This document shows, piece after piece, positions 12,816 through 21,995 of a DNA stretch of 64,000 bases. Every line of letters starts with the position of its first letter. Within the stretch, counting starts at the first letter, position 1. A program made the translations under genes and the position numbers. The notes beneath the pieces were generated by a model that saw only the letters and a list, made by a program, of their open reading frames with translations, was not told the DNA's origin and did not search any database. Source of the DNA: Gnetum montanum (lineage: Eukaryota > Plantae > Gnetophyta); contig MNCI01002026.1 of assembly GCA_015680685.1 (NCBI GenBank), positions 1 to 64,000 of the forward strand, in the 5' to 3' direction.

Positions 12816-15800
12816 TCAAACGTAGAACAGTTTTAAGTACAAGTGATTGGTCGGATGTGCAAGCTCATTGCCTTCTATGTTAGCCAATTTAAATGCTCCA
12901 TTGTTGTACATTTTGGTTACCAAGTAGGGCCCTTCCTAGTTGGCTAAGAATTTGTCTGAGTGTTCTCGAATGGCTTTGAGTACAAGTTCACCTTCTTTGA
13001 TTAGGTGCTTATGAATATTGTGTCAATGGCACTATCATTGTTACTTTTGGTACCATTCAATCTGATCGAGCGCACGTGTGCCTTCCTACTCCACTGAGTC
13101 CAAGTCAACAATGTGTAGTCGTTGTTTTGTCCTTTGTTGAGGAGTTCAGAGAGTGTGATCCTTAAAGATAGTACCTACAACTCCAAAGAGAAAATATCTT
13201 TTGAACCATAAACAATACTATATGGCATTTTACCTATAGAGGTCTGATGCGTGGTGCAATAAGCCCATAGTGCATATACTAACTATTTGTGCCATTTTTT
13301 CTTGCCCTAAGTTAGCATCCTTTTGAGCACTGTGATGATGATCTTATTTGTAGCTTCAGCTTGTCCATTTCTCTGAGGGTAGTAAGGGGATGAAAATGAA
13401 TGTTTGATCCCTAGGCTTTCATAAAAAGTTCTAGTTTCGGCATTGTTGAACTGTGTCCCGTTATTAGTGATGATGGTCATCGGAATGCCAAAGTAGGTCA
13501 TGATGTTTTCTAGAATGAATTTGCATACGTGTTTGGATGTGATATTTCTAAGGGGAATAGCTTCAACCAATTTTTGAAATATTCTATTGTGGTTATGATA
13601 AAGCTATGTCCTACCAAAGATGGAGGCGTTATTGGTCCAACAAGTCTAACCTCCACTTCTGGAAAGGCCAGGTGATCTGCATTGTATGCAGCTCATTTGG
13701 TGGAACATGTATCAAATTGCTATTTTTTTGATAGATATTGCACATTTTGGCCTTGGAGAAACAATCGTACTCCATGTGTGGCCAATAATAGCCTAAACGT
13801 CTTATTTTTTTTGCCATTTCTTTAGGTGCTATGTGCCCTCCGCATAATCTGTCATGTACTTGCTCGACGATGGTTTGGCCATCAGTGCTACTAACGCATG
13901 TTAACAAGATGCCTTCATAGGATCAATGACATAATGTGTCACCTACCACTGCATACTGTCGAGAACATTTTCGTACTACGTCCTTTTGTACAGTCATCAA
14001 ATGTTGAGGCAGTTCACTATGTAAAAGATACTCCTTTATGTCATCATACCATTCTACAACTTGCGTTGTACTAACTGATGCGATCAATAATTCATCTAGA
14101 CTATTAGTTATGGGTTTAGTACAACTGATTATAGCATTGGGTAATGTGTGGAACATGGTTGGCAGTATGTTTAGTGCTAATGTGGTAAGTGCATCTACAA
14201 TGGTGTTATCATTTCTGGAAACATGTTGCACATCTACATTTTTGAATCACTTCAGTAAGTGCTTAGTCAAATCATAGTATGGTTGCAAGTGTTGTGCTTT
14301 GCACACATAACTGTCTATGACCTGATTTAGAACTAATTGTGAGTCACCTCTGACTACCAGTCATGTGATGTCTGAAGCTAATGCTACCATGGGACCTCTA
14401 AGGAGACCTTCGTACTCTACTACGTTGTTGGTACAGTGAAAGTCGAAATGATAAGCAAAGGGTTGGATCTCCCTAGAGGGATAGGTGATGACAGCAGTAG
14501 CACTTCCCCCTCTAGAGGTGGATGCTTCATCAAAGTTTAAAATGGCATCGTAGTCATCGGGTACTATGTCTATTGCACTCACATTTTCATCAGAGAATTC
14601 TGGTTCTATCATTGCCTGATGGTGCATTGGTGATGTAGTCATTTGATTTGCTATGGCTTGACCCTTAACTGATAATTGCACTATGTAGCGTAGGTCAAAC
14701 TCAGCTATCATGGCTTTCCAACGAGCTATTCTACTTGACTCATAAATGTTTCCTGTGATGGCTTTGAGTACATTATCCTTGCAAATTATATTGACTTGGT
14801 TACGGAAGAGGTAATGTCGCCAGTTATTTAGGGAAAAGACAAGGGCTAAACATGACCTTTCCACCTCATTGTACTTCTTCTCATGGGCTACTAATGCATG
14901 TCTTAAGTAATAAATAGGGACTTTAGTTCTATCCTCTCATTTTTGGCAAAGCATGGACGCGATTGATAAGTCTGAAGTGGCAAGGTAGATGTAGAACAGT
15001 TTATCATTTCGAGGTGGATAAACTATGGGTAGTTGAACAAGCGTTGTTTTAATGTTGTCAAACACTTCCTAGCACTGTGAAGTCCATTCAAAATAGATGT
15101 TCTTGCATAGCAAGTGGTTCATAGGTTTCAACTTGTCTGTCAATTTTTCTATGAAATGCCTGATGAACTGTAATCTTCCTTGTAGACCGCAAAGTTCGGT
15201 AAGGTTTCTAGGTGGTTTTAAGTTTGTTATGGCCTTAACCTTATTAGGGTCTACTTGTATCCCTACTTCTGAGGCTATGAATCCAAACATTTTTCCTGTT
15301 TTGACTCCAAAGACACATTTCCTTGGGTTAAGTCTCAGCTCATATTTTAAGCAACACTTTAGCACCAAGTCAAGATGTTGTACATGTTGTTCTGATGTTT
15401 TTGATTTAACCATGATATCATCCACATAGTCATTGAGTGAGTTGAAGATATAATCACTAAAGATAAATGGCATCGCTCTTTGGTATGTAGCACCGGCATT
15501 CTTGAGATCAAATGACATCATCGTGTAGCAAAAAGTACCCCATGGTGTTATAAAGGTCATCCTAAGTTGATGCTCAGGGTTAATTTGAATCTAGTTATAT
15601 CCTAAAAAGCCATCCCTAAAAGATAATAAGGCATGCCCAGCGGTTGAGTCGACCAGTTGATCAATGCTAGGTAGGGAAAAATCATCTTTTATCATTACAA
15701 CGTTGAGGTCCTGGAAGTTAATGCATAGGTGAATGCTTCCGTTCTTCTTTGGGACAATGACCATGTTGGATACCCAGTCAGTATAGTCAACAACCAAAAT

Positions 15801-16289
15801 GAAACCAGCCTGATAAATTTTGGTGATTTCATTATGAACTGCCAATGCTAGCTCAGGCTTAACCTTATGTGCTTTTTGTTTCACTGGTCTTAATTTTGGG
15901 TTGAGTATAATGTTGTGCTAGACTATTCGAGGATTTAACCTAGGCATGTCAGTGTAAGACCAAGCGAATGCTTTTATGTTATCTTTAAGCACTTATGCTA
16001 TGTCACTGGCTAGTTGTGGGCTTAACAATGTACTTAGTTTCAGGATTTTAACTTCACCATCTAGCACGGTAATGGGGACTTCGGCTAAGGGGTCTTCGGT
16101 GATGCTATCTGTTTCTAGGTTCAAAGTCTTGGTCATCATTTCAAAGTAATCTAGCGTTTGTTGGGTTGATGCCACAAAAGTATCATTTGTCACTGAGCCT
16201 AAATTAATAGACTCCATATTGATTTCTTGGGTGATCGTTCCATGCGGTCCATTGATTGACAGTGGTAAGAATAATTGCTTGCTATCCAT
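12816..16289 (-). pseudogene. pol: A pol 3' part: RT - RNase H - archaeal-type RNase H (aRH) - integrase, with stops and frameshifts
   Basis: RT: FDLKNAGATYQRAM, YVDDI. RH: ERSCLALVFSLNNWRHYL. aRH: LNFDEAS, CTNNVVEYEGL, GDSQLV. INT: H..LCGGH, YYWPHM, PYYPQRNGQAEATNK. Confidence 0.93.
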
Positions 16290-16419
16290 GATGTTTGCTC
16301 CTACCAATAAATAGTGTGCAGTGTCAATCAGGTGGTTGGTTATTTTTGGATGTAAGTAATTTATGTGTTTATGCATCTAATTGGACCAAGGTATGTGAGG
16401 GTGTCGTACCCAGACACAT

Positions 16420-16595
16420 GGCAGTTTAGGGCCTTACCAAGCTGTGCCTGTTAGTTTATAGTCATAATGGACTGATCATGGAAGTTTAAGGTCTTACTAG
16501 GCCATTCGATAGTTTGGGGCTATTTCAGGCCATCATGGCAGTTTAAGGCCTTACCAGGCTAATCACGGTAGTTTAATGCCTTATCAGGCCGATTG
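16420..16595 (-). repeat. Short degenerate GGCC..AAACT repeats upstream of the A RT frame
   Basis: Units of about 29 nt such as GCCTGGTAAGGCCTTAAACTGCCATG on the minus strand. Confidence 0.7.
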
Positions 16596-16860
16596 CTATT
16601 CGTTCATGATGTATGGTTGATTGTATAATTTGTAATAGTTATTGAGTGTGAGATTGCTAGATATGAAGTTTGCACCAAAATGTTTAGTGTGGGCAATAGG
16701 AGTTGCTTTGCAGGAGAATATTTCATGTGGGTAGTGTTCATCCCGATGTACCATTGTCTTTGCTTTTATTGTGTTCATATGTGTTTACACGTACTTTGTA
16801 TTTTGGTTGATTAATTTTGGATAAATTATTCAAGGCACCATCAGCGTGTTTAACGTGGAA

Positions 16861-16874
16861 TATATAAATAGGGG
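16861..16874 (+). promoter_or_regulatory. Candidate TATA box of the A antisense gene
   Basis: TATATAAATAGGGG lies about 60 nt upstream of the ATG at 16923, among CAGCGTG motifs, oriented toward the antisense gene. Confidence 0.45.
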
Positions 16875-17832
16875 TTAGTGTGAACCAGCGACAGCATGCT
16901 TCTGAACTGATTTCGAGCGTAAATGTCCTAGCGTGAACCAACGATAGTGTGCATCTATGCTTAGTGTAAAATCGAGTGCAGCGTGACATAGAGACAACGG
17001 TCGGGCAATACAGGGCAAGGGTAGGCATAGGAACAATGCAGAGGGGGCGACAGAGGTGATAGAGGTCAGGGCATAGTGAGTTAAGGAAAGAATTCGAGTG
17101 TGCATACTCAGGTAAAACCCTTAACATAAATACTCTTCGCTGTGTATGGATTATCTGACCTATTTTCTTGTGGCTACATTCTAGTTTCTCCGATTTTCAT
17201 TGTACCTCTGTTTTATTTTTCATTAATTCTTGTTCTATTAATTCCTATTTTGTTCATTGGATTGAACCCCAGCATACATGATGCAGCATGAACATAGCGT
17301 GCAGCGTACATGACGTAGTGTGATCACAGCGTGCAGTGTGCGAGTCGCAGCGTGCAGTGTGCGAGTCGCAGCGTGCAGGGCCAAAACCCTAGTGTGCAAG
17401 ACGTAGCGTGAACACAGTGTACAGGGATTAGCATACACACTGGGATGGGAAAGGGTAAGGAGGTAGAAGGCCAAGGGAGGAAGGAGCCTAGTTTAACCTT
17501 CGCGGAGGAGAGTGAGGCGATGCTCTAGTGCCTGCCTAGACCCAGGATTGTGTCATGGTCTAGATCAGCGTGCAGGTGGGCTCTGTTCCTCGGTCACAGT
17601 TTACTACTTTCTTTCAAGTTTACTATTTGGGTGTATAGAATTTACGCAAGATCTCAGCATATGGGGGAAGATGTTAGGCATGCAGAGTTTCAGCGTGCAG
17701 GGTCTGCACACTGGGCATGAACAGTATTCTAGCGTGCAGGGTCTACATGCTAAGCGTGAACAGTCGTGATTTTTTTCTAAGTGTTGACCTCCAATGTGAA
17801 GTTTTATTTTGTTATTTAGTTTTCTTATATAG

Positions 17833-20800
17833 CTGATTTGCCATGATTTTCTGGGAACTTGCAAGGACCCTAAGCCTTTCCTCCTAGTGGTGGAGCTTGT
17901 TGGGGTTTTGGCGTGGTTTGGGCCCATTGATTTTGACAAACCTACTCCTGATATGATCATTGGTCAAAATGTGGTATGGTTTAGAACAGGTGTTAATGAG
18001 TTTCTTCCTTTCATGCTAGAGAGATTCAACATGATAATATGGTCTCACTTAAGTGATTAGTTAGCATGGAGCATGCTTGAGACCATGTTGCCAGGATCTT
18101 TGAATGGGGTAGTAGCTTTTATGGAGGACATTGATGAGGGACTACTCATGATTAAGGATGGTTCTTCTGGAGGACCTAGATCTACCCGCCCATTGTCGCA
18201 TGTATGGGACTTATTGTCAGATGGCCTTCACCACATTAATAACACCCTATTCCTAGCTACTCGTGCACATACTTTGTTCCAAAACCCTCCTGGAACGATG
18301 TATCGGGTGGGCAAGTAAAGTTGTTCAATTTATTGTTTCGCTTTGTTGCCTAGTATTTGTTTATGTTTTGACTGTCGTTTCTTTGCAGGCCTCAATTCGA
18401 TATAGAAGGGGTGTGTGTAGGCAATGATGCGCTCGCTTTGGCTCGTATCGCCTTAGAGGCTTTCATGGTAGCCCCACTCTCTGTGGTGCCGTGTTAGTGC
18501 AAACTAAGGATGATATTGTTCATTTTCACGAACGATAATCAAGGGCACTTGTGCAATGCGAGGCTAGGGGATGGCTACATGGGGATTGGTCCTGTAATGG
18601 GCCAGTTTTCCCACATGATTCTAATTTGGCACCTAGCTGGAATCCATCATCTGATGGTAGGTCACCATATTTTCTTACGCCTTAGTTTGTTTATTCTGCT
18701 ACATCATTGGTTATATTGACTCCACGGTGTTATCTTGTGCGTACAGTGGATGTCCCTTCTAGTGGAGCCACTATCACAACTGGGTGAGTACCTTGTTTAT
18801 GAAATTTGGGGAAATCAATGATGCACAATGATGGCTACATATCATCAGCTTTTTGAGTGATGCGGGCCTCATGGATTTGTTTACTACCCTGAGCCCTAAT
18901 ATTTCTGTGATGGAGATGATTAGAATCATTGATTCTTTCAATGAATCTGTCACCTGCTATAGCACTCTCATTAAGGGCATCAAATTGGTTTTCCATCTGT
19001 CGGAGGAGTTCTTTTCAGACTTCTTTGGTGTACCAGTAGCTGGGACTAAAGTGATTTTGGATAGAGTGTAGAAGGAGATCCATGTGGTTTGTGAATTGGA
19101 GGACTAGTTCGGTATTCTTAAAGGCTCTAAGGAATTCCCTATGCAGGGGAAATTGAAAGTGGTAGAAGTTAATGAGTTGTATCCCTTGTTCAGAGCATTG
19201 GTATTTCCCAAGTCTTTGTCTCAAGTAAGAAATTTTGGGGTAGAGCCTATGCATATCATGTACACTATTTTAGAGACTTGGGTACATTATAACTAGGCCT
19301 AGTTTTTTCTTTTGGGTTTACACAGGGAGATAGTGAGGTTACATTCAAATATTGAGGCACAATCCCACTTCACCTTTACGTTCTTTGCACATTACTTACG
19401 CCGGCTAGCTGAATTTTTATTTTTTCACGTAGATAACAAGTATGTGTTAAGCGATCACCACCAACTATCTCGTCTATGGATTCACCACTTATTTGAGATG
19501 GCCAAATCTCAGGATGCTCTTGAGGGGATTGACGAATTGGTTTCTATCACAATAGAGGGGTCATATGGTGGTTCAATTTATACATGTGACAGCGTAGGGT
19601 TGGAGCCAGATCGTGTGCCCTATACTACTAGGAGAGTCAATCAGGTGATCGAGGAAATGATCAAGAAAGAAAAATCAAAATTTTAGAAGTGTAAGCATCC
19701 TAGGGAAGTTGCTCTAACTATAGATGAACCCAGGGTGAAACGTATATGGTTTAAGATGCCTATATGGGGTAAGCTTGATTCACTAATTTGTCCTTGTCCT
19801 CATCATTATTTTTACTTTGTTTTTCAGTTGTTTATACAAAACTAACGTTGAATCTATGAATGTCACTAGAGTTAACTTCTGGAATAAGAAGAGAGAGGTT
19901 AGCACCAATAATCGAGGAGGAAGAGGTCTCAATGAACTTAAATGAGGAAGACAAAATGGGCAAAGATGAAATGGAAGGACTGAAAGATCAGGAGGAAGAT
20001 ACCACAGAAAAGGGTAACATCGATGATCAAGATGGGGTCAATGAGATGTTTGATGGCTTTCTCGGAGGGAGGCTAGACCATGGTGATCCTTCGAATCAGG
20101 AGGAAGACAGAGATTTTGGTATATTCACCATATTATGTTTATTTGCCTTTTGAATTGTGTGTTTCATTATTCAAAGTTTTAATTTTATATTTTTTACTAC
20201 TACTAGGCAAAAATTTTGAGACTAGGACACTTCCTAACATTCATTTGGAAGTCCCTATGATGAAGGCTCCCACAGAAATGACCACCGAAGTTAACCCATC
20301 TCCCATGCATGAACCATTTACTTGGATTGAAATTCCAAGTAAAATGGATTTTATAACTAGCATTGTTGATGAGGTAATTGATCGCATCGAGCAAGCTCAT
20401 CCTGAAATAGGTACATATATCTCGAGCTTTTCGAATCCTTCGATTTTTCACATCTGTTTCTATTGTCCAATGTCTAATGTATGTTTTCCTCATATGAGTA
20501 GGGGCTAAACTGAAATGGAATCCATCTGAGGTGCCTTGTATTGATAGTTTTTCTGTGCTTCCTCTAGAGATTGAGCAAGTACCTTGGCAAATTTATGATG
20601 AAGTGGCAGAATGTGTTGTGCAGAATGCTAAGTCTCTTTGGACGTGCAGGCGCTCCATCAAGAGGCTATGGTTGCAGATTCAGGTGAGCAAAAAAGAGAT
20701 TTCCAAGTTATCAGCTGAACGGGATGACCTCAAATTGCACTATGAGTTTGCCTCAGCGAATTTAACAGGTGATCGTTCTTGGCAAACTTCTGAAGTTACT

Positions 20801-21493
20801 TATAGCAGATATTGGAATTTATTAAATTGCCAAGTATCGATGACCCAGGAGCTAGCAAAGCGTAAGGCACAAATAGATTTACTGAACCTCAAATGTCAGG
20901 ACTGGAAGGCTTTCGCTTCTAAGGTGCGGAAATGGGGTCAAGATGAAAAGACCCATAAGTATCATTACAAAAAATCGTTGAAGGAGGTATCTATAGAGAA
21001 GCATCAGCTAGAGATGTTTGTTGAGAGTTTAGGCCTACGCTCTTCATTTGATGTGTTTGCTAAGCATACTGTGGTGGAGATGGAATCACCCAAGAGAGTA
21101 ATCACCATAGCTTCTGGGGAGGTTTCTGTGGGAGAGTTTCCTCTAAAATGTCCCACTTGGTCTACGGTGGACAAGGGGAAGGCTTTGGCCAACGTTGATC
21201 TGGGCCTTGATGGGACTGACTAGGCAAGCATCTCTAAAGAAGAAATCCTTCATCGGTTGGAATTCGGTCTAGGAGGATCTTCTTCAGTAAGTCATTTAAA
21301 TTTGTAAATTTTTTTTATTAGATAAATTTTGGGATTTTTCTCTTTTCCTTTTGTGTTAATGTGTTAATTGTTTTCTATTACCTTTTCGTAGGGTCATGGA
21401 GATGACGATGTTCAAGAAGGTGGTCCCAGCGGAGCAGGAACCCACGGTGCCAGAGAGTCTGAAGGGGACACCCCTCCCAATCGTGATGTTTAG
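17833..21493 (+). pseudogene. A antisense multi-exon gene (FCP1/NIF-like pseudophosphatase + PMD/Transposase_32-like + coiled coil + acidic tail)
   Basis: GT-AG introns at 18315-18388, 18657-18746, 19769-19869, 20119-20206, 20411-20501 and 21287-21391. The last four were checked and join the listed ORFs in frame to TAG 21491-21493. Possible first exon 16923-17111 (phase 0). Scattered TAG stops and frameshifts. Confidence 0.88.
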
Positions 21494-21834
21494 TTTTCAT
21501 TTTAATATTATCATGACTCATGTTTTTACATGAGTCGTAAACAGAAGGTTTTGCTTAGGATTATATATGAACTGATGGATGGAATCAATTAACTATTATA
21601 ATTATCCATTTGTATATGAATATATATTTATTATTTTTTTTCAATTGAGTTTTCTGTTATTCATTTTTTTTGTTTCAATTTTGAGTTTGTTCGAACATTG
21701 ATAAGCATAAATTTAAAGTGACAACCTTTTAGGCTAGAACGTAAACATGATGCAACAGTGTAAAATTTTTTTGTTCATTTTGTGATTTAAGCATAATGCA
21801 TGAAGTAGGAATATAAGAAATGCAAGAAAAGGTA

Positions 21835-21965
21835 CTAGTTTAAGGCCATTCTCGGCCCCATGTACTAGTTTTAGGCCATTTTGGGCCATATGTAAACAAG
21901 AGGAGTTTCGAGTGATACTGGTGGGTTCCTTGGTAAACTGGCCATTTCTAGCCATGGCTAGTTTT
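21835..21965 (-). repeat. GGCC..AAACTAG repeats just after the A gag-PR stop
   Basis: GGCCCAAAATGGCCTAAAACTAG and variants; same motif as C 60060-60490. Confidence 0.75.
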
Positions 21966-21995
21966 ATGTTGTTGCGGACATGTGATAGTTTAACG

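Noticed and set aside
20531-21223. 230-aa ORF as an envelope-like gene or stand-alone CDS
   Set aside because: Antisense to pol, no clear signal or transmembrane segment, and it splices in frame as an internal exon.
16300-21995. Antisense gene as an unrelated host gene or DNA transposon inserted into A
   Set aside because: Divergent homologues occupy the same position and orientation in B and C, and no TIR or TSD was seen.
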